Assembly (NCBI GenBank): GCA_964384205.1
Contig: CAYLKS010000008.1
Span: forward strand, 1,852 to 65,851
Origin: an uncultured bacterium
GTDB lineage: Bacteria; JAGOEH01; CAYLKS01
DNA: 64,000 bases
Direction of reading: 5' to 3'
Position numbers and translations under genes: made by a program. This document shows positions 39,575 through 49,943 of this stretch, in pieces. Each line of letters begins with the position of its first letter. Positions within the stretch are counted from its first letter, which is position 1. Under the pieces are notes generated by a model. That model did not search any database and was not told the origin of the DNA. It saw only the letters and a program-made list of their open reading frames with translations.

Positions 39575-39799
39575 ATGGCAGATATTGAAAAGATAAAAGA
39601 AGAGTTAGACAAAGTAAGACCTTCATTACAAGCTGATGGCGGGGATGTAGAACTTGTTGAATATAAAGATAATATTGTATATGTTAAGTTAAAAGGTACA
39701 TGTAACGGATGTCCTTTCTCTAAATTAACTATCAAGATGGGTATTGAGCAAGCTTTAAAACAAGCTATTCCTGAAATTGTAGCAGTAGAAGAAATCTAA
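39575..39799 (+). CDS. NifU-like (Nfu) C-terminal-domain Fe-S cluster protein
   Basis: 74 aa, LQADGGDVELVEY...GTCNGCPFS (CxxC) typical of the Nfu/NifU_C domain. RBS aaaggag. Confidence 0.7.
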   Translation: MADIEKIKEELDKVRPSLQADGGDVELVEYKDNIVYVKLKGTCNGCPFSKLTIKMGIEQALKQAIPEIVAVEEI

Positions 39800-42329
39800 A
39801 AAGTAGTTTTTATTAAAATTCCTATATAAAATTTTTGTTCCTTTGATTTTTTAATAAAACTTGTTTTAAAATAGTAAGATAAAAAGTTTCTTTTATATTT
39901 TAAATAATTGCTAATTTCAAATCCCCTATTATAGTAACTATTTATATTCCATACAGTTGGTATATCATTGGTATATGAATAAATTCTACTATGATAATTA
40001 TCAGTTGAAAATAAAACTATATTATTTATAAGATAAAAAACTCTACTAAATAAAAATGTTGTTTTAAAATTAAATAAATAACCGTCATATTTTTTATTAT
40101 TATAATAACTTATATGTTTATAGCTTAATTTAGTATAAAATATTATTTTGTTATGTATTTTTTTAATATAAGAGGAATTATATGAATAGTTTTTATAAGT
40201 TGTTTCCTTTAAAGAAGATTTGTCATAATCTAATTTTTCTTTATATGAAATATTAAAGCTAAAGTGTTTTGATTTATATTGGGCATAAATCTTTTGTGAT
40301 TTGCCAATGAATAGCTCCATAGGTGAAATATTTTTATATGTATCAATATATAAAGATAATATATAATTTTTTGCATTATAATATGTCGCAATATTAAAAC
40401 CTTGCTCATTTTGATTTTTGTCTCTGTATGAAAGTGCTTTGCTATGAATATTAAAAAATTTAGGTTCATATTGTCTAAATGAAAAGGCTATTTTGAATTT
40501 TTTTATTTTTTTTGCTAATCCATAGATTAAAGCTTTATTTTTGTTTTTTGATTGGGCTATTTCACCAAAAAAACAATTATTTTTATAATAATATTCGAAA
40601 TCGCTACTTATTATATAATTATAATCACCTTGTTGGTAGAATTCAGATTTTAGATTATTGGAAAACGATGGATTATATTTTGAATATAATGATGAGAAGC
40701 TGAGTTTTAAATGTTTTTTTATTATTGAGAATCTGTTTCCAATGGATTTTTCATTTAATTGATCTTTTTTATTTTTTTCTGTTGGTGTTCTATGATACCC
40801 ACTTTCTAATATTGAAGTTATGTTATTATTTGAATCTATATTTGCATCATAATAAGAATAATTTAATATAAATTCATTTATAATATTTTTAGATGTATAA
40901 TTTATTGAGATTCCATTAAAAGCATTATTTTCACTAAAACTTTTATGTATTGAAGAGTTCTTAAAATTTTTTTTTATTGATAATGGATTTTCTATAAAAT
41001 AATTAAAACTATAAGTATTCCATGCAGTTAATCCTTGTCCCCAGTTTAAATTAAATGCCCCACATATTAGTGATATTTTTTTTATATGGAGGGCAAAACT
41101 AAAATTATAATAATCAACTATGTTAGATTCAAATCTATCCTTTTCTGTGTTTAAATATAATTCATAATTTTTGTATTTTATATTTAAAGCAGAGGCAAGA
41201 TTATAATTTAGTCCTGTAAGTTCATCTTCTGATTTTGATTTAGATTTTGTGTAATACCTGATTAAAAAAGAAGAATTTGTTTTTCTTTTTATTGTTGTTT
41301 TTTTCTTTGTTATAGTAAATAATTTTAATAAAGTAAGTTTTTCTTTATCTAATATAATAAGGCTATCTTCTAATATTTTATATGATATAGGTTTATTTTT
41401 GAGTATCCATTGTTGTTGGTATGAATCTAACCAAAAAAAATTTGCTATTTCATCGGATGTTATTTTATTGAGAAATGGAGGATTGTTATATAGTTCTTCT
41501 AAATTTATTAAAATTTCTTCATCTATTTGCTCAAGAGCATTGGTGTTTATGTAATTTATGAATTGATCTGGTAAAGCTATAATATAATTATATGTTATTA
41601 TTATTAAGAAGATAATGTATTTTTTTATAGTGCCCTCCCAATTTCAATGAGTTTGTTTTGTGGTAAATATGGATGATATTTTATTTGTAGGTTTATGAAA
41701 TATTTTTTTATTTTTATATACCACTTTATTTTTATACTTTTTTGATTTATAAAATAGGTAATGGATAATTTTAGATTATTATTGAGCTGAATTAATGAAA
41801 AATAAAAGAACTCTTTTTCTGTTGCATCTAAATTTTGTTTAAAAGAAATAGCATTGGTAAAATATTTATTGAAGAATAAAATGCCTGTATTAAAATTTAT
41901 TTTATTGATGTAGTAATTCAAATAGATATTTTTATAATGGTAATTGATATTGACTGTCGGCAAAAAAGTATGTGATGTATAATATCCTGAAAATTTCTGT
42001 AAGTATTCATGTAGAATAGGAGTTATTGTAATTTTTTTGTTTATTGAAATATTGTATAAAATGTTAGTAAAAATTTCGGAATAGATTTTATAGTTTAATA
42101 AGTTGCTTTGAAGATAGAAGTTATTTAATACTATTTTGAATTTCTGGATATTAAGATTTTTTATATTGTAAATATTTTTATTGGCTAAATATATAACTTT
42201 TTGTTCTTCAAAATTAAAGGATTTAAGCAATATGGGGTAATATTCTATTATATTTATTTCTTTTGTGCTAAAATTTTGAGGCATTGAATAGTTATATATT
42301 ATTAATATTAATAATATTATTTTTTTCAT
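39796..42329 (-). pseudogene. Large (~845 aa) outer-membrane beta-barrel protein gene interrupted by a -1 frameshift near 41625-41650
   Basis: ORF 41625-42329 has a signal peptide (MKKIILLILIIYNYS) and an N/Y/K-rich segment. From ~41648 down to 39796, a second frame shifted by -1 stays open for ~610 codons with no in-frame ATG until the last 174 codons. It ends in the OMP beta-signal (...GILIKTTF). The two frames overlap by 24 nt around attgggagggcac. Confidence 0.55.
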
Positions 42330-42540
42330 TTATAACCTCTAAATGACTCTTTATTATAAATATTAAGTATTTTTTTGAAATTGTCAAATTTTGAAATTAT
42401 AATTATTTATTTTTAGAAAAAAATACTAAAGTATTATATAATATGCTTTAAATTATTGGTAATATTTTTTTTAATTTACCAATATTAGTTAATACTTTTT
42501 TAAAATAATAAAGATTTTTTACTGTTGATTAGATATTTAA

Positions 42541-43044
42541 TTAAATTTCAATTATAATTTCTTCTATTTCTTTTCTTTTTTTATTGATATATTCATCTGC
42601 AGGATAGCCCAGTGTCATAAGTTGGACAGGTTCTTCATCTGGTCCGAGATTTAGAATTTCTTTTACTTTATCTTTGTAAAATGCTCCTATCCAGCACGTG
42701 CCAAGTCCTTCAGTGGTTGCTGCAAGAGCAAGGTGCTCCATAGCAATAGCTAAATCAATAACATATGCAGGATACCCACATGTCATGGTATAGCCGATAT
42801 TTGTCCCCACTCCTACTATTACAATATCAGCCTGAGAGATAAAAGATTGATTTTTTGCTGCTACTTGCAATTCTGCTTTTTTTCTTTCATCTCTTATTAA
42901 ATAAAATTTCCATTCCTGATAATTTCTTGCAGTTGGTGCAAATCTCACAGCATCAAAGATTTTTTGAATTTTTTCATCTTCCACTTTTTTATTCAAATAT
43001 TTTCTGCAAGAATATCTTTTTTTTACAACTTCATAAAAATCCAT
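42541..43044 (-). CDS. Nitroreductase family protein
   Basis: 167 aa; RYSCRKY and the FAPTARNYQEW region are typical of the NADH/flavin nitroreductase fold. Confidence 0.7.
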   Translation of the reverse strand: MDFYEVVKKRYSCRKYLNKKVEDEKIQKIFDAVRFAPTARNYQEWKFYLIRDERKKAELQVAAKNQSFISQADIVIVGVGTNIGYTMTCGYPAYVIDLAIAMEHLALAATTEGLGTCWIGAFYKDKVKEILNLGPDEEPVQLMTLGYPADEYINKKRKEIEEIIIEI

Positions 43045-43057
43045 GTTTCCTCCTTTT

Positions 43058-43738
43058 TTAAAATTGCTTTAGAAATTTTTTTAGTCTATATAAAGCAATT
43101 TCTGTTTTTGAGTCTCCTATTTCACCATTATAGCACATTTCCAGTGCTTCCTCTATAGTAAAAATATGCAATTCTCCACCCTCTTCCATTAAGCTACCGT
43201 CACCGGTTACATGTTCTCTATTATCAAAATCTTTTTTATCAATTCTTATTGCCTTTATGAATACTTTTTCTATAGTAAATCCTGGGGATGTTAGAATAGG
43301 TTTCCCCAAATTAATCAAATTTTCTTTGTTAATCTTAATCCCTGTTTCTTCTAATACTTCTATTTCTGCTCTTTTATCTATATCTTCTTCTTTAGTTTCG
43401 CCTTCTTCAATAATACCGGCTGGAATTTCATATACAAAAAAATTGTTTTCATTTTCAAAATCGTATTTTACAAAATTTTTTCTGAAAAACAGAGGTGGTC
43501 TCAAGCATCTTCTTAATAGAATTTTGACAGAATTATTTTCATAAAAATATAATAAGATTCCAACAGCATCTACCTGTTTTCTATAAACAATATCGCATGT
43601 ATATTCTCTTGATTTTTCATTATTTTCATATACATTTTTTAACTTGTATCTTTTTAATTTTAGAAAACCATTTTTACATTCATCTGGTAATTCTATTTCT
43701 CTGGAGACTTCTATATTGATTAGTTTTTTTGCTGACAT
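43058..43738 (-). CDS. NUDIX hydrolase
   Basis: Nudix box GIIEEGETKEEDIDKRAEIEVLEETGI (Gx5Ex7REUxEExGU). Confidence 0.75.
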   Translation of the reverse strand: MSAKKLINIEVSREIELPDECKNGFLKLKRYKLKNVYENNEKSREYTCDIVYRKQVDAVGILLYFYENNSVKILLRRCLRPPLFFRKNFVKYDFENENNFFVYEIPAGIIEEGETKEEDIDKRAEIEVLEETGIKINKENLINLGKPILTSPGFTIEKVFIKAIRIDKKDFDNREHVTGDGSLMEEGGELHIFTIEEALEMCYNGEIGDSKTEIALYRLKKFLKQF

Positions 43739-43795
43739 TTTTTTCTCCTTTTTTTATTTACAATAAAACATAATTATCCAAAAGACAATAAAAAA

Positions 43796-44866
43796 TTATT
43801 CTATATATTCTTTTAACGCAGAGAATACAGCAGTTACAGATACGTTATCTAAACAGATTTTTTTATCACATTTATAGTCAAAGCCAAAGAAAACACATGG
43901 CGAACAATCAATATTAGATAAAATTTCAATCTGCTCACCAGGCCAGAACCATTGAGTGGTTGATACAGGACCCGGTATAGTAATCAATTTGGTTTTATTG
44001 AATAGTGCCATGTACATTATGCCGGTATTTCCACAGATTAAAACATCTGCATCTTTAACCAGTTGATTTAGATTTAACAGATCTGTTTTATCTTGCATAT
44101 TAATAAGTCTTTTATGTTTTATAGATATTTCGAATTCACTCCTTTTTCCCGTTAAAACAATATTAAAATTAGTTTTTTCTATGATTATTTTTATTAAATT
44201 TTCATATTTATTCCATGATTTTCTTACATTTCCTGCTCCGGGATGAATTAAAATATATTTTCCCCATTTTTTTTTGTAATTTTTATCAATTCCTTTGAGC
44301 TCTGTATTGATATTAATTTTTTCAATTGGTAGAAATGCAAATAATTTTAAATAGTTAAAAAATTCCCAATTGCTGTTTATATGAGGTATTGCTAAATCAT
44401 AAACATAATGCCTGTATTGTTTTTCACTTTTAAATCCAATTTTGAAATTTGCTTTTAATAGACCACTAATAATTGATGATAATCTGATCCATTGACATGT
44501 ATCAATTATAATATCAAACTGTTCTGTATTTAATTTCCATATTAGAGATACAAACTTTTTTATTTTAAATATAAATATTTTTTTGAACATTCCCCAATTT
44601 TTAAAAATTTCAAAATTTTCAGGAGCACTTAAAATGCTAATTTCAATAAATTCTAATTTAGAAAGTCCATTGATAATAGGTAATAATAACAAGCTATCGC
44701 CCATTACATTTATAGAAATAATCAAGATTTTACATTTTTTCCTTTTTGTTAGTTCATTTAGATTAAAATTATTTTTCTTTAAATTTAATGAACCTATTAC
44801 TAAAACTATTAATCTACCTAAGGTTTTATCAAGTACTTTTAATATATTATTTCCATGAAATTTCAT
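43796..44866 (-). CDS. GT9 family glycosyltransferase (LPS heptosyltransferase-like)
   Basis: KILIISINVMGDSLLLLP, ILIHPGAGNVRKSW and ICGNTGIMYMA motifs are characteristic of ADP-heptose:LPS heptosyltransferases. Confidence 0.75.
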   Translation of the reverse strand: MKFHGNNILKVLDKTLGRLIVLVIGSLNLKKNNFNLNELTKRKKCKILIISINVMGDSLLLLPIINGLSKLEFIEISILSAPENFEIFKNWGMFKKIFIFKIKKFVSLIWKLNTEQFDIIIDTCQWIRLSSIISGLLKANFKIGFKSEKQYRHYVYDLAIPHINSNWEFFNYLKLFAFLPIEKININTELKGIDKNYKKKWGKYILIHPGAGNVRKSWNKYENLIKIIIEKTNFNIVLTGKRSEFEISIKHKRLINMQDKTDLLNLNQLVKDADVLICGNTGIMYMALFNKTKLITIPGPVSTTQWFWPGEQIEILSNIDCSPCVFFGFDYKCDKKICLDNVSVTAVFSALKEYIE

Positions 44867-45501
44867 TTTATTGCCTCAATTACTAAATTTTCTATTCTTT
44901 TATTTTCATATTTTATAATATCATTAATATAGGAAGAATAATTATCCTTTTTTTCAATTTGTGAAAATCCAATATTTAATAAAATATGATAGATAGTATC
45001 GTAATCATATATCATTTTATGACCAGCGGCATAAAAAACTTTATTTAATGCGTCTATATTTTTATTACAATTTTTGAATTCTGGATATTGAGATTGTAAG
45101 GCAAATAGAAATTTATTATCGTTATTGAAATAAGCTTCTATAAATTTTTTTAGATCAGGTGTAACCAGCCTTAGAATACCATCTTTTTTTAAAATTCTAT
45201 AAATTTCTGAGAGGAAAAATATTCCCTCTTCTTTAGAAAAATGTTCAATTAAATGCGAAGAATATACTACATCAATACTGTTATCATCAAAGGGAAGTCC
45301 TTTTTTTACATCTAATATAATGACAGTGGAAAAATATTTTTCAAAATTAGAAAAATTTGGATGATGATACAAATTGAATCTTTTTAATATTTTTTTTATA
45401 TAGAATTTGAATTTTTCATATTTATAGTTTTTCATATAATCAATATTTATATAATTATCAATAATTTGGTTAAACCCGCACCCTATATTTAATCTTTTCA
45501 T
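44863..45501 (-). CDS. Class I SAM-dependent methyltransferase
   Basis: LNIGCGFN glycine-rich motif I and the VDVVYSSHLIEH...DGILRLVTPD motif. Overlaps both GT9 genes. Confidence 0.6.
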   Translation of the reverse strand: MKRLNIGCGFNQIIDNYINIDYMKNYKYEKFKFYIKKILKRFNLYHHPNFSNFEKYFSTVIILDVKKGLPFDDNSIDVVYSSHLIEHFSKEEGIFFLSEIYRILKKDGILRLVTPDLKKFIEAYFNNDNKFLFALQSQYPEFKNCNKNIDALNKVFYAAGHKMIYDYDTIYHILLNIGFSQIEKKDNYSSYINDIIKYENKRIENLVIEAIK

Positions 45502-46639
45502 TTATAAACCTCGTTAATTTTGAGAATAAAATATTATCGTCAAATTTTAAGCATTCTTTTTTTATGCAGAAATTTTTTTCACATAAAGCGCATTCAGTAA
45601 AATTGAAAATCATCATATTTTGAGAAGTTCGATAAAACCACAAAAATGGGCTATCTCTCATACTAAAAATTACAAATACCGGCACATCATAAGCATAAGC
45701 AATATGTATAGCTGATGTAGAACCTGAGATAATAAATTTCGCCTTTCTAATCAGGTTCGCAAATTCTATGAAATTTGTCTTTCCAATGTAATTTTTTATT
45801 CTTTTATTGTAAGGAATTGTTAAAGAAAGTTCTTCTTTTTTGCCTGTTACTATAATATCAAAGTCTGTATTTTGTATTAAAAAATCTATAATTTTATGAA
45901 ATAATTCAGGAGGGATTTGATTTATATTATTAATATTTTCTCCACCTCCAGGGTGAATAATAATATAAGAGTTTTTTTTAAAATTAGTAAAAGCATTATA
46001 TTGAGGAATAAATATTTCTGGTTTTATGTCACATTCATTTATATGGAAAATTTCTCTTAAAAATTTTGTTTTATTAAGTGTTGCAAAATTTTTTATATAG
46101 TCTGAATTAAATTTAAATTTAATGATATATGATAATAAAAAACCGAAACCGCCAATATTAAAACCGATTCTTTGTTTTATACCGGCAAGGAACATCAAAA
46201 TAATAGAAACAAAATCGCCTCTTGAATCTACCATAGCATCCAATTTTAGATTTTTCATAATCTTATAATATTTATAAAATCCAATTATTTTTTTTTGAAA
46301 AGAGATTCTCCGTGAATAAATACTATTTGATAAAACAACAGTTTCATCTATATAAGGAGAATTTTGGAAGACTATTGAATTATAATTGGTACAGATTAAT
46401 ATAATATCAATATTGGGATAGTGCTTTTTTAATATTTTAAATATTGGAGTGCTTAAAATTGCATCACCAATATGATCAGTAACTATAATACCTATTTTTT
46501 TTATTAGAGCAATATTTACATAATTTTTTTTAAAACCAGTAATGGAATATCCTATAATATCTATTATAAAAATAATAAACGATATAAAACGAGATTTATA
46601 CCAATATCTTCTATTTTTATAGTTTTTATTAAACATCAT
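45470..46639 (-). CDS. GT9 family glycosyltransferase (LPS heptosyltransferase-like)
   Basis: IGIIVTDHIGDAILSTP, IIIHPGGGE and ISGSTSAIHIAYAY motifs. Confidence 0.7.
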   Translation of the reverse strand: MMFNKNYKNRRYWYKSRFISFIIFIIDIIGYSITGFKKNYVNIALIKKIGIIVTDHIGDAILSTPIFKILKKHYPNIDIILICTNYNSIVFQNSPYIDETVVLSNSIYSRRISFQKKIIGFYKYYKIMKNLKLDAMVDSRGDFVSIILMFLAGIKQRIGFNIGGFGFLLSYIIKFKFNSDYIKNFATLNKTKFLREIFHINECDIKPEIFIPQYNAFTNFKKNSYIIIHPGGGENINNINQIPPELFHKIIDFLIQNTDFDIIVTGKKEELSLTIPYNKRIKNYIGKTNFIEFANLIRKAKFIISGSTSAIHIAYAYDVPVFVIFSMRDSPFLWFYRTSQNMMIFNFTECALCEKNFCIKKECLKFDDNILFSKLTRFINEKIKYRVRV

Positions 46640-46679
46640 TCAAAAAAACTATAAAAAAATGGTTAATAAGTCAATAATT

Positions 46680-47309
46680 TTATGATAATAAGTCTTTTGC
46701 AATATTTACTGCGGCATATGCGTCTTTTCCATAAGCATCTGCTTTTATTTCATCTGCAAAAGCTTGATTAACAGGGGCGCCTCCTATTATTATTTTAAAT
46801 TTATCTCTAATGTGTTTTTGTTCCGAATATTCAATGACTTTTTTCATATTTAGCATTGTAGTTGTGAGAAGGGCTGACATTGCAATTATATCTGCATTAT
46901 TTTCTATGGCTACATTTACAAATTTTGATGGCTCTACATTATTGCCTAAATCTATAGTTTCGAACCCATTTCCTTCTAACATAAATTTCACAAGGTTTTT
47001 TCCTATATCATGCATATCTCCTATAATTGTCCCAATTACAACTCTGCCTTTAGATTTTATTTTATTTTTTATAAGGTAAGGTTTTATAATATCAATACAA
47101 TATTTCATAGCTCTGGCTGATATGAGCATCTGAGGTAAATAAAATTTCCCTTCTTCATAATATTTTCCTACCTGCTCCATTGCTGGTATTAAATGTTCAT
47201 TGAGAATTATAGATGCTGGAATATTATTGTTTAGAGCTTCCTGTGTGATTTTTAATGCTTCAGTATTATTGCCTTTTATTATATATTCTTTTAATTTTTC
47301 TAAATTCAT
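46680..47309 (-). CDS. Cobalamin-binding corrinoid protein (B12-binding domain with N-terminal helical cap)
   Basis: DxHxxG motif GTIIGDMHDIGKN followed by a Rossmann-like B12-binding fold. The 209-aa size matches methyltransferase-associated corrinoid proteins (MtaC/MttC type). Confidence 0.8.
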   Translation of the reverse strand: MNLEKLKEYIIKGNNTEALKITQEALNNNIPASIILNEHLIPAMEQVGKYYEEGKFYLPQMLISARAMKYCIDIIKPYLIKNKIKSKGRVVIGTIIGDMHDIGKNLVKFMLEGNGFETIDLGNNVEPSKFVNVAIENNADIIAMSALLTTTMLNMKKVIEYSEQKHIRDKFKIIIGGAPVNQAFADEIKADAYGKDAYAAVNIAKDLLS

Positions 47310-47317
47310 TTTTCCCC

Positions 47318-48379
47318 CTATTGGATTGGATATTTCCCATATTTAATAGTATTTTTAACCATTACAATAAAATTTTCTATTTTTACATAATCTGGAATAC
47401 TATTAGCGGAACTGAGGCAATAGCGTCCACCGGGAGCAAGCTTGTGTATTTTTTCTTTTACTTCATTTTCTACATCTTCTATAGTGCCTCTTGTTAGTGT
47501 GTAAATAAGATCAATATTTCCAGCTAATGTTAATCTATTTCCAAAAGATTTTTTTAACTCATAAATATTCATTGCTTTAGGCTCAATAGGATGAAGCGCA
47601 TCTACACCAGAATTTAATATATCTTCCATAACTTCTAATAACTTCCCATCAGAGTGATAAATAAAAGGTTTGTTATATTTTTGGGCAAGCTTGCCGATTT
47701 TTTTAAGCCATGGAAAAAAATATTTTCTTAAAGTTTCTGGATCAACCATGAGTCCATTGCTATATGCTATATCATCACTGTACCAAAGGACTTTTACAAT
47801 ATCAAAGGTAATCATATTTTCAAACATGCTATAAACAATTTCTCCAATTTTATTAAATAGAACTTCAATTAAGTCTGGATTATCAAATAGAGCGTATGAA
47901 AAATTTTCAAATCCCATTAATTGCCACACCATTGTAAAAATATCACCATATTGGCCTATAACTGCAAGATTATCAGGTAATATTTTTGCTATTTTTTCAA
48001 ATCTTGAATAATCAATATCTCTTTTTTCTGGAAATGGAAATTTTTCAAAATCTTCAAAATTTTTAATTACATTACTGTGTTCATCTACCCAATTTATGTT
48101 TTCGTTGGATAAAGAGACATCAGAATGTCCTATACTCGATAATGTTTTGATTTTAAAATTAACAATGGGTTGTAGTTTTACATAGTCATATCCAAATTTT
48201 AAGGCAAATCGAATTTCGTCTTCCAATGTAATTTCTTTTATATTTAATAATTTTTTCTTTATTGATGGTGCAATACCAAGTTCAAGTAGCGGTACTCTAT
48301 CAGGTTCCCCCAACCCCTTTAGAGCAGTAATTAACCTCTCATAATTTGAATCATTAATATTTAAATCAAGATTAAACAA
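47318..48379 (-). CDS. Uroporphyrinogen-decarboxylase-family (MtaA/MtbA-like) methylcobamide methyltransferase
   Basis: 353 aa with a URO-D/MtaA-like TIM-barrel architecture, immediately upstream of and co-directional with the corrinoid protein. Family call by overall similarity only. Confidence 0.6.
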   Translation of the reverse strand: MFNLDLNINDSNYERLITALKGLGEPDRVPLLELGIAPSIKKKLLNIKEITLEDEIRFALKFGYDYVKLQPIVNFKIKTLSSIGHSDVSLSNENINWVDEHSNVIKNFEDFEKFPFPEKRDIDYSRFEKIAKILPDNLAVIGQYGDIFTMVWQLMGFENFSYALFDNPDLIEVLFNKIGEIVYSMFENMITFDIVKVLWYSDDIAYSNGLMVDPETLRKYFFPWLKKIGKLAQKYNKPFIYHSDGKLLEVMEDILNSGVDALHPIEPKAMNIYELKKSFGNRLTLAGNIDLIYTLTRGTIEDVENEVKEKIHKLAPGGRYCLSSANSIPDYVKIENFIVMVKNTIKYGKYPIQ

Positions 48380-48425
48380 GGTCCCTCCTCCCTTGTTAAT
48401 AGATCTTCTAATAAGGTAATTGCAA

Positions 48426-49919
48426 TTATTTGAAATTTGTTAGATCAAGATGTTCAAATTCTTTGAATATTCTTTGTAATAATTTAATAATTTTAGCTGT
48501 TCCACCTTTTTTATCTGCTTCCATGTTAACTACAATTAAAGGCTCATGTAAAGATAATCTTACTAATGTCCAGCCCTGTATATCTTCCTCCGTTATAGAT
48601 ATTCGTACACCTTCTGTGGTATCTATTGGATAATTTTGAGTTTCAGCTTCTTGTTTTACAGCTTCGATAATTTTTAATCCATAATCTTTAAAATCATCTA
48701 AATTAATTTTCAGTCTGAAAACTTTACTTTCAAGTGCTTCTTTTAAATTTTTTAATATAAAATTGAAATTTAAACCTTCTTTTTTTAATTTAGCTTGATA
48801 TATCAATAATTTTGCAATTGTAAAAGAACCGTCATCTGCATATTTATTTTCTGTAAACATAATATGTCCGGAAGTTTCACCTCCGACATAACATTTGGTA
48901 GCTTGTTCGTTTAATTCTTTCATTTTGGTTTTAACATTGGCATATCCTCTTTTATATCTGCAATGGATACCATTGTGAGATTTAATGAATTCCGTGAGTC
49001 CATCAGAGGTTACACTATCTGTTACAATATAGGTATTAGGATGCTCAGATAAAACCATTGCGGCTACCAATGCAAGCATCCGATTACCATTAACAGGTTT
49101 ACCGTCTGGTAGAACAATAGATGAACGATCTCCATCTGTGTCAAAAAGAATGCCTAAATCACCTTTTGCTTTGATTATTCTATCGGAAATTGATTTTATA
49201 GCTTCTGGGAGTTCAGGATTGGGGATATGATTCGGGAAATTCCCATCGGGCTCTAAAAAAAGGCTGTCAGATATATCCGCACCAAGTTTTGCTATTATTT
49301 TTTCAGCAAAAAATCCAGTTGCGCCATTTCCGGCATCTACTAAAATTTTCATGCCAGAGAGAGGTTTATCATAATTATGCTGATCATTTATATTTTTTTT
49401 TATAAAATTGCATATAGTATCAGAGTAAATATTCATGAAATTTTCTTTTATAATAAAATTGTTATTACGCTGAATATCTTCAGAAATATCTGCTAATTCA
49501 GAAGCCTTTGTTAGTAATTCCTTAAGAATTTTTTTAGGTAATATATCTTTTTTATAAAAAATTTTTAATCCGTTCCAATTAGATGGTAGATGGCTTGCTG
49601 TAATCATAATACCAAAATCAGCTTTAAAATATTCCATTGCAGCAAAAACCATGGGGGTTGTGGATACGTTTTTATATTTGGGTTCAGTCACTAATTGAAT
49701 CACAGGGATGTTTTTATAAGAAAGGTAATCAGCTAATAATGATTCAATTTGAGGACCTGTAATTCTGCTGTCTTTTCCAATAACTATTTGAGGTCGATTA
49801 CTTTTTTTGATAAATTCAGAGAGAACTTCTGCAATTTTATAGAGGAATGTTTTATTTAAATCTTTTTCGCCATTCCCTCTGATATCTGAACCGGAAATTA
49901 ATTTTAGATAATTATTCAT
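48426..49919 (-). CDS. Phosphomannomutase/phosphoglucomutase family protein
   Basis: Active-site loop GIMITASHLPSNWNG (TASHNP-type phosphoserine), metal-binding DTDGDR and sugar-binding GGETSGH. Confidence 0.8.
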   Translation of the reverse strand: MNNYLKLISGSDIRGNGEKDLNKTFLYKIAEVLSEFIKKSNRPQIVIGKDSRITGPQIESLLADYLSYKNIPVIQLVTEPKYKNVSTTPMVFAAMEYFKADFGIMITASHLPSNWNGLKIFYKKDILPKKILKELLTKASELADISEDIQRNNNFIIKENFMNIYSDTICNFIKKNINDQHNYDKPLSGMKILVDAGNGATGFFAEKIIAKLGADISDSLFLEPDGNFPNHIPNPELPEAIKSISDRIIKAKGDLGILFDTDGDRSSIVLPDGKPVNGNRMLALVAAMVLSEHPNTYIVTDSVTSDGLTEFIKSHNGIHCRYKRGYANVKTKMKELNEQATKCYVGGETSGHIMFTENKYADDGSFTIAKLLIYQAKLKKEGLNFNFILKNLKEALESKVFRLKINLDDFKDYGLKIIEAVKQEAETQNYPIDTTEGVRISITEEDIQGWTLVRLSLHEPLIVVNMEADKKGGTAKIIKLLQRIFKEFEHLDLTNFK

Positions 49920-49943
49920 GATATATCACCTTTTTAAATTTTG

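Noticed and set aside
40230-40703. Small ORFs 40230-40469 (-) and 40512-40703 (+) listed in the track
   Set aside because: They lie inside the long ATG-less outer-membrane-protein reading frame and are alternative-frame artefacts.
39796-42329. Alternative genetic code (e.g. TGA as sense) as explanation for the ATG-less 610-codon ORF
   Set aside because: All other genes in the window are intact and full-length under the standard code, with TGA frequently acting as a clean stop. A single frameshift explains the structure better.
47255-47497. 80-aa plus-strand ORF spanning the junction of the corrinoid-protein and MtaA-like genes
   Set aside because: It overlaps two well-supported minus-strand CDSs and its product is low complexity.
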